A stretch of 64,000 nt of DNA from Candidatus Taylorbacteria bacterium RIFCSPHIGHO2_01_FULL_46_22b (GTDB taxonomy: Bacteria > Patescibacteriota > Minisyncoccia > Phycocordibacterales > DSPV01). The position numbers and the translations under genes were made by a program. Below the pieces are notes generated by a model. That model was given only the letters and a program-made list of their open reading frames with translations. It had not been told where the DNA came from and did not search any database. Location: contig MHRF01000013.1 of NCBI GenBank assembly GCA_001820875.1, forward strand, positions 73,992-137,991, read 5' to 3'. Shown here in pieces: positions 1-9,455 of this stretch (the stretch's first letter is position 1; every line of letters starts with the position of its first letter).

Positions 1-1186
1 GCGCGACAATTGAGGCATGCGAGGTAATTCCTCCCTCGTCGGTGACAAATGCCGCCGCTTTCTGCATGCCAAGTATGTACGAAGGTGCGGTAGTCGGCGC
101 AATTAAAATATCCCCCTCCTGCACTTTATCAATATCGTGAGCAGTCATAACTACTTTTGCCCGCCCTTGAATTCTTCCTTTGAAGGCAATGGCTCCTTTA
201 AGTTCCTTGGTTGAATTTTTTATTTCTAAATCAGCAACAGGGCCGTGCAACAGAGCGCTGTATGCTCCAAAAGAAATTAAACTCACATTTCCATATTCAT
301 ATTTCTCGATTTTTCCCTCGAGAAGATCATGAATGCTGTAATCCCTTAAATCCTTAAAAGGTAAATTGAAATGAGTAGCGACTTCCTGAAGAATCGGACG
401 AGCCAAATACATCAGTTCATAGAGAACATCCGTACGCAAGGTTCTATAGTAAACAAGTTCCTGTGCCACTGCCGCCAAAGTTTTAAGTTCATCAGGAATA
501 TGAGGTCGTTTAAACTCTTCCTTTGGTTTTTCCGCCTGAAGACGCTTCCGCTCGTCCTGTAATTCATCAATAGAAAAAGGGTCTGAAAACCCATCTCGCA
601 CTTTTACCCACGCAAATGTGCGTTCTACTTCCTCAATTGGCACACTGCTCCGAAGAGCTTCTTCAAAATAATTATGAACATTTTTCTTTGTCGGATAACA
701 AATATCTCCCATTATCTTTTCAAGATCTCCCTGAAGATATTTGGGGATCTCTGCTCGAAGCTGTTTGATATACAGGTGTTCAAATCCATGCGCAAACCAA
801 ACATGTGCTTTCAGCAAAGTAAGCACTTCATATAATGCAGACAGCTTGGCGACTGGCGTATCTTTTGACTCAATTAATTTACTAATCTTTTCTATTCCTT
901 CTGTACGATACGCTTCGCACTTTCTTACAACCTCAAAAAAAGTATTACCTTGATCAAGATACCTTTGAAGTTCAACAACAAAAAGATCCCAGATTTCTTC
1001 AGAGCGATACCAGACTCCTTTTTGAAAAAGCATCGCTGGCCACTCTGCACCTACTCCAAACTTTTGCATTCCCTCTCGCCGCGAACCACCGCGAAATTGA
1101 GAGAGCATAAAAGCCCCAAACGGTCTGTCTGCCCAATGCTCCCACTTATATTCTAAAATTTTCTTTTTTATCTCCTCCGGCGTCAT
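1..1186 (-). CDS. Swivel-His (PEP-utilising mobile domain) module protein, 3' end outside the window; absent from the ORF track
   Basis: Partial manual translation from ATG at 1186 (MTPEEIKKKILEYKWEHWADRPFG). The same frame reads AAAFVTDEGGITSHASIVA at the window edge, with FAWVK and YRTLRTD motifs inside. Confidence 0.9.
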   Translation of the reverse strand, partial: MTPEEIKKKILEYKWEHWADRPFGAFMLSQFRGGSRREGMQKFGVGAEWPAMLFQKGVWYRSEEIWDLFVVELQRYLDQGNTFFEVVRKCEAYRTEGIEKISKLIESKDTPVAKLSALYEVLTLLKAHVWFAHGFEHLYIKQLRAEIPKYLQGDLEKIMGDICYPTKKNVHNYFEEALRSSVPIEEVERTFAWVKVRDGFSDPFSIDELQDERKRLQAEKPKEEFKRPHIPDELKTLAAVAQELVYYRTLRTDVLYELMYLARPILQEVATHFNLPFKDLRDYSIHDLLEGKIEKYEYGNVSLISFGAYSALLHGPVADLEIKNSTKELKGAIAFKGRIQGRAKVVMTAHDIDKVQEGDILIAPTTAPSYILGMQKAAAFVTDEGGITSHASIVA

Positions 1187-1187
1187 G

Positions 1188-2687
1188 TTAGAGGATTGAG
1201 ACCAGTCCGTGATCTGCGTTTACTTCCACCGTCATGCCGTCTTTGAGCACTTTGGTTGCAATTTTGGTACCAATTACACAAGGCTTATTTAATTCGCGTG
1301 CAACAATTGCCGCATGCGAAGTCACCCCTCCCTCATCAGTTACAATCGCCGCCGCTTTTTTCATCGCAGGAACATAATCAGGTCGTGTCATAACCGCAAC
1401 CAAAATATCCCCTTCATTCACTTTATCAACTTCTTTCGCGCTCTTTATGATTTTCACCGTGCCCACCACCTTACCCATGCAAGCCGTCAAACCACGGAAA
1501 TCATTCACGTGTGATAAATCAGTGGTCTTGAGTATAGTTTCTTTCACCTGATCGGCTTCTTTACCGACAAGCACCTCATGCCCTTCTGTATCCCAAAAGA
1601 ATACGCAATTCTCTTTGCGTTTTTTAAAATCTTCACTAGAAGGAGTGATGTCAAAAATCTTTCCTACTTCGCGTGGACTCATGTATTTAATCAGCTCAAG
1701 TGATATGTTTGTACGTTTACCTATTTCAGATAGAATCAGCGACCCATAGTGCATGGTCCACAGCGTTGCTTTTTTACGATCATCCTGCCATTTGGTAAAG
1801 TCTTCCGAGACCTTGAGCAGGAACTCAAGCTCTTTATCCTGCTCCACCAGCGACCAATACTTCTTCTTCTCTTCAATATGTCGCGCGGGAGTTTCTTCAA
1901 TTTTCTTCAGTGTTACATTTAAATCCTCCGACAATGCAAGCAACTTTTCAAGTTCTGTATTGAAATGTTCGACTGAAAGCACATATGCATCAACATAATT
2001 ATTATGAATCCAGAAAAATTCCTGTTGATGTCTCTGGAGTAGTTTTGTTCTCTGTGCAGGATCTTTCCGAACCGCAAGCGCAATCTTAATGAGCGATACC
2101 TCTGCTTCGTTGATAAATGAAAGGTGGACTGGCGCAGTCAAAATCGAAAATAACTCATTGAGCCTCATGGTGTCTTTAAGAGGCGATGCGTCGTATAACT
2201 TTTTGATATGAGCCGCGACAATCTCGTCAGTCCCTAATGCAAACCCGTCTATGGTTGAACTTGAACTGTTTCGAGAAAGCACTGTCTCGACAAACTCATT
2301 GTGAAGTGTAATAAGTTCTTTGTCGGTAAGTTTTGCCAGATCAGTCTCTCCAATATGCTCGCACAGTGCATAAAAAGCTTTTTCATCTCCATCCCATTCT
2401 GCAATAAACTTTGTGCTATAAGAAATGTCGCCGCCACCATTTTTTATGACTGCTGTATATATTTTCTTGATATCTTCCATCTCCATATACCAATCTGCCT
2501 TGCCGTTTTCAAAAAAACAGTAGTGTACATCGAAATTCGTCCCTTTCTTCCTCTCAATATGAAAATCAATCTGTGCCTCGGCGATAAAATGGATAAAATA
2601 GGGCGACCCATCAAATCGCTGGTGATACCACTCTTTTCCCGTCCATTTGGACAACTCTTTTCGAGTCAACCCTTGTATATACTCCAT
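1188..2687 (-). CDS. Variable N-domain + swivel-His module (499 aa)
   Basis: C-terminal TDEGGVTSHAAIVARELNKPCVIGT; FFWIHNNY and WQDDRKK motifs. Confidence 0.93.
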   Translation of the reverse strand: MEYIQGLTRKELSKWTGKEWYHQRFDGSPYFIHFIAEAQIDFHIERKKGTNFDVHYCFFENGKADWYMEMEDIKKIYTAVIKNGGGDISYSTKFIAEWDGDEKAFYALCEHIGETDLAKLTDKELITLHNEFVETVLSRNSSSSTIDGFALGTDEIVAAHIKKLYDASPLKDTMRLNELFSILTAPVHLSFINEAEVSLIKIALAVRKDPAQRTKLLQRHQQEFFWIHNNYVDAYVLSVEHFNTELEKLLALSEDLNVTLKKIEETPARHIEEKKKYWSLVEQDKELEFLLKVSEDFTKWQDDRKKATLWTMHYGSLILSEIGKRTNISLELIKYMSPREVGKIFDITPSSEDFKKRKENCVFFWDTEGHEVLVGKEADQVKETILKTTDLSHVNDFRGLTACMGKVVGTVKIIKSAKEVDKVNEGDILVAVMTRPDYVPAMKKAAAIVTDEGGVTSHAAIVARELNKPCVIGTKIATKVLKDGMTVEVNADHGLVSIL

Positions 2688-2695
2688 AAATAAAA

Positions 2696-4627
2696 TTATA
2701 GCATTTTCCTTACAACACCTCTCTCTGCATCAACCTCAATCCTATCGCCAGTTTTTAAAACTCGCGTGATATCCCGCACACCGATTATACAAGGCACATT
2801 GAGTTCTCTCGAAATAACCGCCGCATGACTGGTAACTCCACCTTGTTCTGTAACAATTGCTACTGCTTTCTTCATGATGGGCACAAACTCCGGAGTTGTT
2901 TGATTGGTTACCAAAATCTCTCCTTTCACAAAAGACTTCATGTCTTCAGCAGTACGTACAATATGAACGTGGCCTGTGGCGAATCCACGGCACGCGGGAA
3001 CCCCCTTCCATTCAACTTCTTTTTTATGTTCTCGTGCACCTGCTTCGAAAAAGCCCTGTGCTGTGGCACCCTCGGCAATAAAATATCCTTCAGGAGTTAC
3101 TGCGTAGAAAGTTCTTTCCTTTCTCTGTGCGATCAACTCGGCGACATCTCTTCCTTCAAGCAAGACTGCTTTTACTTCCTGAAAAATCAAGAAGGTAAGA
3201 TCTGATTTTGAATATGAAACCCGACGGGAGAGCTCTTCGAGAAAAAGATCGTAATAATGCATGCCTATATATGATCCCTTTTTGCGTTCATCTTTCCATT
3301 CTGCAAAAAGCCATGCGACTTTGATCAATTCTCGAGTAAAATTCGACAGGTTAATCTTTTCGAAGGTATCATCGCGCTTTTTCTTAGCTACCTTTCTACC
3401 TCTGTTTCTCTTCTCCATAATTTCTACAAACGAAGATTTTGACGCTCGTAGCTCTTCAGACTTTTTTTGCAGTTCAGAATAAAAGAAATCAATAGTCAGA
3501 ACTTCGGCAACAAAATAATTGTTGTGTATCCAGAAAAAAGACCGCGTATGAGCTTCTAATTTCTTATATAACCTCGGCTGCTCTGCCTGCATTGTCTCAA
3601 GCGACGGCAAGTCAGTTGGGTACACTTTCTCAATCGCAGTAGCAATTTCTATAAGTTTCCACTCTGCTTCTAATGTATATGAATCAATCAGGGGATTTGT
3701 CAGTGTGCGGACGATTTCTGGAACATCTTTGGATACAACGCCTTTAGCAACGAGTTCTTGGGAAATAACACTTTCAAGCCAATCAATCTCTCCAGTGGAC
3801 ATAAAAGTGTCCGCCATATATGCAACTGAACCGGCTAAAAGGTACCCGATGTGGAATTGTTCAAATAAATCACAGAGATCCTCATCTGAAAGCATCTTGA
3901 AATTTGTCTGGTCAATCTTTTCTCTGATTTCATCATAGGACTGCCAATCTTTCCGCCATCCAATTTGTATATTTAAAAAAGGAATGCTTCCTTCTTTCTT
4001 GATTTTATCGACAATCCAATCGCGAACTTGCTGTACACTGTCCCAATCTAGAAACCAATTCCCCTCATTTCCTTCTTGGAACCCGAAACAATATCCATAG
4101 TGAGGTGAAAACCGTTCTGAAAATGCATGGAGTTCACTTTCAGATGCAGCAAAAAGGGTAAAAAGCTTAGAATGGAAATTTTTATTAAAATCAGAACTCG
4201 TCTTCCGTACTAACTCAATCGGAAAATCAGAAAGTTTCTTTGCTAGAGGTTTAAATGTCTCCTGTTTTCCAATAACTTTTACTTCTATATTAGGAAAATG
4301 GGATTGCAAATCCTCTCGAAGTTCATGCTGATCATGCCCAATCGCAACAGCGTCAGGTTTGTGCTTCGCGAAAATTTCCCAACTTCCCTGCACTCGGTCA
4401 CCAATAACAACTTGATCGACAAGCTTAGCGGCGGCAAGTGCCGCCGCCCGCTCTTCCATGGTTAAATTCGGTATTCTCTTTTTGAGTGTCTTGACTGCTT
4501 CATCATGCGCAACAACTGCAATTAGATAATCTCCTAATTTCTTTGCTTCACGCAAAAAATAATGGTGCCCAATATGTAAACCATCAAATGTTCCAAACGC
4601 CATTACTTTTTTATTTTTCTTCGGCAC
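2696..4627 (-). CDS. Fusion of a HIGH nucleotidyltransferase (RibL/TagD-like), a variable domain and a swivel-His module (643 aa)
   Basis: N-terminal FGTFDGLHIGH...KPDAVAIGHDQ; C-terminal TEQGGVTSHAAVISRE. Confidence 0.9.
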   Translation of the reverse strand: MPKKNKKVMAFGTFDGLHIGHHYFLREAKKLGDYLIAVVAHDEAVKTLKKRIPNLTMEERAAALAAAKLVDQVVIGDRVQGSWEIFAKHKPDAVAIGHDQHELREDLQSHFPNIEVKVIGKQETFKPLAKKLSDFPIELVRKTSSDFNKNFHSKLFTLFAASESELHAFSERFSPHYGYCFGFQEGNEGNWFLDWDSVQQVRDWIVDKIKKEGSIPFLNIQIGWRKDWQSYDEIREKIDQTNFKMLSDEDLCDLFEQFHIGYLLAGSVAYMADTFMSTGEIDWLESVISQELVAKGVVSKDVPEIVRTLTNPLIDSYTLEAEWKLIEIATAIEKVYPTDLPSLETMQAEQPRLYKKLEAHTRSFFWIHNNYFVAEVLTIDFFYSELQKKSEELRASKSSFVEIMEKRNRGRKVAKKKRDDTFEKINLSNFTRELIKVAWLFAEWKDERKKGSYIGMHYYDLFLEELSRRVSYSKSDLTFLIFQEVKAVLLEGRDVAELIAQRKERTFYAVTPEGYFIAEGATAQGFFEAGAREHKKEVEWKGVPACRGFATGHVHIVRTAEDMKSFVKGEILVTNQTTPEFVPIMKKAVAIVTEQGGVTSHAAVISRELNVPCIIGVRDITRVLKTGDRIEVDAERGVVRKML

Positions 4628-6017
4628 GTTTCAAAATCGTTACCACTCCCTTCTCCGCGTCCACCTCCACCAAATCGCCGGTTTGTAGAATTTTTGTCGC
4701 AATTTGTGTCCCAATAACAGCGGGTACATTCAACTCTCGAGCCACAACCGCAGCATGACTGGTAATTCCTCCTTCATCAGTTACAATTGCCGCTGCTTTT
4801 GCACATAAATGGACAATCTGTGGACGTGTCATACCCGTTACCAAAATCTCTCCCTTCTGAAACGCACTTACTTGTTCATTGTAATCAGATGTGACAAAAC
4901 TGACGACACGAACACGGCCTATGACCTTTCCCTTATTTGCAACACTCCCTTTGAAGGTGCTGACAGCACTAAAATCTTCAGCTACCAGCTTTTTATATTT
5001 GTCTGCCTCTTCACCAGTAAGTAAAACAGCCCAACGATTATTTAAAATTGACACATATCCTGACTTACGGCGTCGAATTTCTTCCATATCAATTTTTTGT
5101 CCCGAGAAAAACGCAATCATTTCTTCTACAGTAGCAAACTCAAGATCAGGCTGTTTGCTTCGGAAAACTAATTCCTCAAGGATTTTCTTAAGATGATAGC
5201 GAAGATGCATGAAATGATACCTTGTCCAAAATCGCAAACAACCAAGTTCTCCAATAAGTCTCCCTAGATTCAAAATCTCCGGCGGAACTGGAATGTCAGG
5301 CGTCTTCACACCTTCTTTTACAAAAGAAAGAATCTTTTCTCTATAATGATCCGCATCAAATGGTTTCTCTCCTTCTATTTCATTAAACCATCCATATTGA
5401 GTCACAAATTTTTGGAGTAAAATATTCTGTGCATCAACAGAAAGAATCGACCAACGCTTGTATGCCTCTTCAATTTCTTTTTCTTCCTGTGCCCAAGGTA
5501 AATCTTCCGGCCAATAAGTTGAGGCGCGCAATAACTTGTCTTTTTCTTGGTACTTATCAAGAAGAGTTGTTATTTTCTCTTCAAGAGATTTGACGTGCTG
5601 CGGATTACTGATAAACATGCGGGCCAAGGTTTTTAGCATTTGATTGAAGAGTGTCTGCACATCCACAAGTAAAGCCAAGGTCTCTTTTTCTTTCCAAACT
5701 TGTTTCCATGCCCACTCTTCCATTTCCTTTGCTTCAGTAAACAGCGTCTTCCGTACATCGGTTAATAAACTTTTTATTCTTTCTGGATCCTCCCAGACTT
5801 TTCTGAAATACTCGCCAGCTTGATTCATTTCCTCAACGTCAAAATACGCCCGATTAGACATATCAGGAGAGACAAGATAAATCACATTCTTGTATTCAAA
5901 CCCTGCAAAATCAAAAAAAGTTTTAGCAAAAAATCCTATGTGGGCAGCGGTATAGTACGGTCGAACAGCACGAGTTTCAAACATTCGCTTATATATTCTT
6001 TTTGCGTTCTGTTCCAT
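4611..6017 (-). CDS. Variable N-domain + swivel-His module (468 aa)
   Basis: TDEGGITSHAAVVARELNVP; overlaps the next gene by 17 bp. Confidence 0.93.
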   Translation of the reverse strand: MEQNAKRIYKRMFETRAVRPYYTAAHIGFFAKTFFDFAGFEYKNVIYLVSPDMSNRAYFDVEEMNQAGEYFRKVWEDPERIKSLLTDVRKTLFTEAKEMEEWAWKQVWKEKETLALLVDVQTLFNQMLKTLARMFISNPQHVKSLEEKITTLLDKYQEKDKLLRASTYWPEDLPWAQEEKEIEEAYKRWSILSVDAQNILLQKFVTQYGWFNEIEGEKPFDADHYREKILSFVKEGVKTPDIPVPPEILNLGRLIGELGCLRFWTRYHFMHLRYHLKKILEELVFRSKQPDLEFATVEEMIAFFSGQKIDMEEIRRRKSGYVSILNNRWAVLLTGEEADKYKKLVAEDFSAVSTFKGSVANKGKVIGRVRVVSFVTSDYNEQVSAFQKGEILVTGMTRPQIVHLCAKAAAIVTDEGGITSHAAVVARELNVPAVIGTQIATKILQTGDLVEVDAEKGVVTILKRAEEK

Positions 6018-6047
6018 ACAGATGATACTACCTTATATTAAAACTGT

Positions 6048-6077
6048 TTGACAATAGATATTATATCGTGTTATAGT
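6048..6077 (+). promoter_or_regulatory. Sigma70-type promoter for the LMW-PTP-like gene
   Basis: TTGACA-N18-TATAGT with a TG extended -10. Confidence 0.6.
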
Positions 6078-6140
6078 GTAAATCGATCACAAAAACCTCC
6101 TCCGCAGTAATGTGTGAGGAACAAACTGAAAGGAAGTACC

Positions 6141-6599
6141 TTGAGCACTCCCCACAAAATCCTCTGTCTCTGCCTCGGAAATTCCGACCGAAGCCCAGTC
6201 ATGGCCGCCGTTCTGCACATGTATCTCACCAGTGCAGGCTACACTGACGTCATTGTCGAGAGCGCCGGAGTCGGTGATTACGCGAAAACAGGTGGCAAAC
6301 CTGCCCCATTTGGTGTCGCCGCCGCGAAATTCCTTGGACTTCACATCGGTGGCCACACACGTCGTCACGTTGAAACACTGAAGCTCGACGATTACGATCT
6401 CTTTGTCTGCGCCGCAGATGACGTTGCCCGAGAACTCCTCAAGTTCTGCGGCGATCGGAGCAGGATGTTCAATGCCAACGTAGCAAACCCCTTCCCAGTC
6501 CAGTTCCAACAGGACTACGAACCGTGCATGATCGCCATCCTTGGCGGCATGTACCGTGTCGTCGCCCGCTACTTCCCTCCCCAATCCTTCGAGATGTAG
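6141..6599 (+). CDS. Low-molecular-weight protein tyrosine/arginine phosphatase (ArsC/LMW-PTP fold)-like protein
   Basis: ILCLCLGNSDRS (CX5R P-loop) and VESAGV. TTG start at 6141 follows AAGGA; the ORF track starts at 6114. Confidence 0.8.
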   Translation: MSTPHKILCLCLGNSDRSPVMAAVLHMYLTSAGYTDVIVESAGVGDYAKTGGKPAPFGVAAAKFLGLHIGGHTRRHVETLKLDDYDLFVCAADDVARELLKFCGDRSRMFNANVANPFPVQFQQDYEPCMIAILGGMYRVVARYFPPQSFEM

Positions 6600-6614
6600 C
6601 CGCCTCTTTCTTCA

Positions 6615-6650
6615 TCAGCCCAACCGCTTGCGGTTGGGCTGACTCTTTTA
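6615..6650 (+). terminator. Intrinsic terminator
   Basis: TCAGCCCAACCG / CGGTTGGGCTGA stem followed by CTCTTTTA. Confidence 0.75.
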
Positions 6651-6918
6651 TTGCCTAGCGAGTGAGCAACCTAAATTTCAAGGAGCAAAGCGACTATGAA
6701 ATTGGAAGCACTCTTGTGGTACGGAGAGAAAAAGTATCTTCGTTTTCTCTCCCGAACGAGCGACCTAGATTTCTTACGAGCATAGCGAATGTAGAAATCG
6801 GAAGTACTCTCGTGGTGCGACGGCAACAAAGGGTTTAATATCTCGCCCGTGGGGGGGTGAAAGCATTCGCGAAGCGAATGCTTTTTGTGTCTAGGATTTG
6901 ACCTAGGGTTAATACCCT
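6648..6918. repeat. Nested palindromic intergenic repeat, long copy with an extra 74-bp insert
   Basis: 6648-6840 matches 57634-57826 (193 bp, about 7 mismatches by eye). The insert at 6841-6914 is flanked by a TTAATA direct repeat. Confidence 0.9.
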
Positions 6919-8025
6919 TTATTTCCTCTCCAAGATTTTCACCGTTCCTTTCTCGCCATCAACTTCAACAATATATCCATCTTTTAGTACATGAGTTGCG
7001 TACTTGAGTGCAACCACACAAGGAATCCCAAACTCACGCGAGACTACCGCAGCATGGGAAAGTAATCCTCCTTGATTAGCGAGAATCGCAGACGCTTTTT
7101 CACACGCAGGCATAAATTCGGGTGAAGTTGTTTCGGCAACCAAAATATCTCCTTTTTCCATTCTCTCAAATTCTTTTGCCAGCGAATCAAATGTCTTTGG
7201 ATCAGAAACAATAACCTTAACCCGTCCAATAACTTTTCCTTTGCTTGCAGGAATACCCTTTAGAATCTGAATTTCAGAGGGAATTTCTTCTCCCGCCTGT
7301 TTTAATAACGTAAGAATATCGTCTTTGACTTGCGCTCCGGCATGGACCGTAACTGTATTACCTTCCCCAATAATCACCCTCGCTTCTTTCCTATCTCTGG
7401 TCACTTGCGAATCAACCTTCACTCCATCAAAAAGTTTGTAGATATCATTGACCCCGTAGTATTTGAGGTCATGTATACTCACACCAAACTGCTTTTCAAG
7501 CTTGCGAGACATCTGGCGGAAATATGAGTCCTCGCCAAACCAAGGATAGTTAAAAATCTCCACTCTCGAACGCTCTTTGAGTTTGTAATTCCTCATCAGA
7601 TTTTCTTGCATCACCGGATTATTTACGGAGAGTTTATATGCCTTATCGGTATAGAAAAACTCGGTTCGGTAAAAGAACGATGTCGCCAAGCACCAATGTC
7701 CAAGAAATTTCTCAACATTTTGTTTGGTAAGTATTTCGGGTTTCTTTATCTCCGAATCAAATATTTCTAAGAGCTTGTTGAGATATTCAACATGGGCATT
7801 GAAATATTCGTTAAACCGTTTAGTGTCGGCAAAAAACTCTGCGCCATCATCAAGCTGTGCTTCAAGTACTTTTTTAGGAAGCCAGCAGTACCAACTGTCA
7901 TCAATAGCAGTTTCCAGTGCATAGAAACCTTTATAAAAGCCCATCCATGCATCACTCATCAAAAAATCAATCCCCTCAAAGTGGAACAATCGTTGATACT
8001 GTTTTGATTCGTCTATGAATTTCAT
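6919..8025 (-). CDS. Short-class variable N-domain + swivel-His module (368 aa)
   Basis: ANQGGLLSHAAVVSREFGIPCVV. Confidence 0.92.
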   Translation of the reverse strand: MKFIDESKQYQRLFHFEGIDFLMSDAWMGFYKGFYALETAIDDSWYCWLPKKVLEAQLDDGAEFFADTKRFNEYFNAHVEYLNKLLEIFDSEIKKPEILTKQNVEKFLGHWCLATSFFYRTEFFYTDKAYKLSVNNPVMQENLMRNYKLKERSRVEIFNYPWFGEDSYFRQMSRKLEKQFGVSIHDLKYYGVNDIYKLFDGVKVDSQVTRDRKEARVIIGEGNTVTVHAGAQVKDDILTLLKQAGEEIPSEIQILKGIPASKGKVIGRVKVIVSDPKTFDSLAKEFERMEKGDILVAETTSPEFMPACEKASAILANQGGLLSHAAVVSREFGIPCVVALKYATHVLKDGYIVEVDGEKGTVKILERK

Positions 8026-9455
8026 CTCTGTAATATTCTCACAATTCCCCTCTCGGCGTCCACCTCAACTAGGTCACCGTCCTTCAAAATCTGTGTAGCA
8101 ATTTTACAACCCACTAAACAGGGGATTTTAAACTCACGGGAAATAATGGCGGCATGACACGCCATGCCTCCCTCGTCAGTAAGAATTGCTCCCACTTTAT
8201 TCACCAACATAGTCATATTTGGGTTAGTCATTCCAGTAACCAAAACATGTTTCTTGTTTATCTTGCCCGCAATTTTATGAATTTCACTTGGGGTATCTAC
8301 TTTTACTAAAACAACTGTTCCTTGAAACTTCCCTTTATGTGCAATTGTTCCCTTGAACTCCTGTAATTCTTGGGAGGGCTGACTTGAATCAAGTATCTGT
8401 ATCTTTTTCTGTTCCGCCTCAACACCACTGACAAAACTTACGCCGTCGGCTTTATAGTGAAGCAGATATGCCCTTTTTCTATTCTGCAATTCTTGTCCTG
8501 AAAGCCAAACACTCGACTGTAGTAACCGAATCACATCTTCAACTCTTGAGAACATAACAAACTCTCTATGGGTTACTCCTGCTTTATCGGCAAGGTGTGA
8601 GAAGAACAGCATTAAAAAATAATGGGCTCCACCCCAACACGCTTTTAGTGTTAAGCGACAGAGAGAAGACTGCTGGATAAAATAAGTAATGTCTTCTGCT
8701 TCCTTAGATTTCAACAGAGTTAATATCTCTTGTTGTTCCTTTTTAAGTAACACCTTCCCATGCTTATAGTTTTCTACTTCCTTCTTTGCTTTCTTGAGCT
8801 CTTCTGGTGTAAGTCTATATTTAATTATCTTTGCACCTTCTGCTTCAGATTCAACATTAAAAAGCATGAGCGGATATTTCAAGGCGTGTTCTTGTATGCT
8901 CTCGTCAGTTGGATTCTTTGACAATAAAAGGACATCACATTTCTCTTGATACAGAAGATCGTCTTCTTTTGGTGTGGTAAGTGTAATATATGGTTGCAAA
9001 TAATCATCTCTATATTTCTCTTTCACAATTTCTGCGAGTTGCTCTTCCACAGGAGCCATTACTTCTTCTCGGGAACACATAAAATATGCGAGTACTTTGC
9101 GTTCAACAACACGATATTCTTCAAAATATTTTAAGAGTTCGTCATTAGAAAGCGAGGGATTGAAACTTAATCGTATGTTTTTGATAACATTCCAATACTG
9201 GTGAGCAGCTTCCTTTGCATCAGAAATAGTTTTTGAAGCAAAGAGAGGATTAAGAAATTTCTTTCCATCTTCATATACCACACTCTCTACATCATCCACA
9301 GGAAAGTAACATTCGAGGTAACCCTTGAGACTCCACATAATTTGTTCAGAAAGAACGTTTCCCGTTATATCCCGATGGAAAATATACCGCTCCGTCTGAA
9401 TATCATTTTTCAGTAACGGTTGTTCTCCTGTCCATGCTAGTTGAAATTTCTTCAT
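8022..9455 (-). CDS. Variable N-domain + swivel-His module (477 aa)
   Basis: TDEGGMACHAAIISREFKIP; ATGA overlaps at both ends. Confidence 0.92.
   Translation of the reverse strand: MKKFQLAWTGEQPLLKNDIQTERYIFHRDITGNVLSEQIMWSLKGYLECYFPVDDVESVVYEDGKKFLNPLFASKTISDAKEAAHQYWNVIKNIRLSFNPSLSNDELLKYFEEYRVVERKVLAYFMCSREEVMAPVEEQLAEIVKEKYRDDYLQPYITLTTPKEDDLLYQEKCDVLLLSKNPTDESIQEHALKYPLMLFNVESEAEGAKIIKYRLTPEELKKAKKEVENYKHGKVLLKKEQQEILTLLKSKEAEDITYFIQQSSLCRLTLKACWGGAHYFLMLFFSHLADKAGVTHREFVMFSRVEDVIRLLQSSVWLSGQELQNRKRAYLLHYKADGVSFVSGVEAEQKKIQILDSSQPSQELQEFKGTIAHKGKFQGTVVLVKVDTPSEIHKIAGKINKKHVLVTGMTNPNMTMLVNKVGAILTDEGGMACHAAIISREFKIPCLVGCKIATQILKDGDLVEVDAERGIVRILQR

Noticed and set aside
6661-6822. The two related 57-bp units as a mini-CRISPR
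   Set aside because: There are only two divergent units, the sequence between them is nearly identical at 57634-57826, and there are no cas genes.
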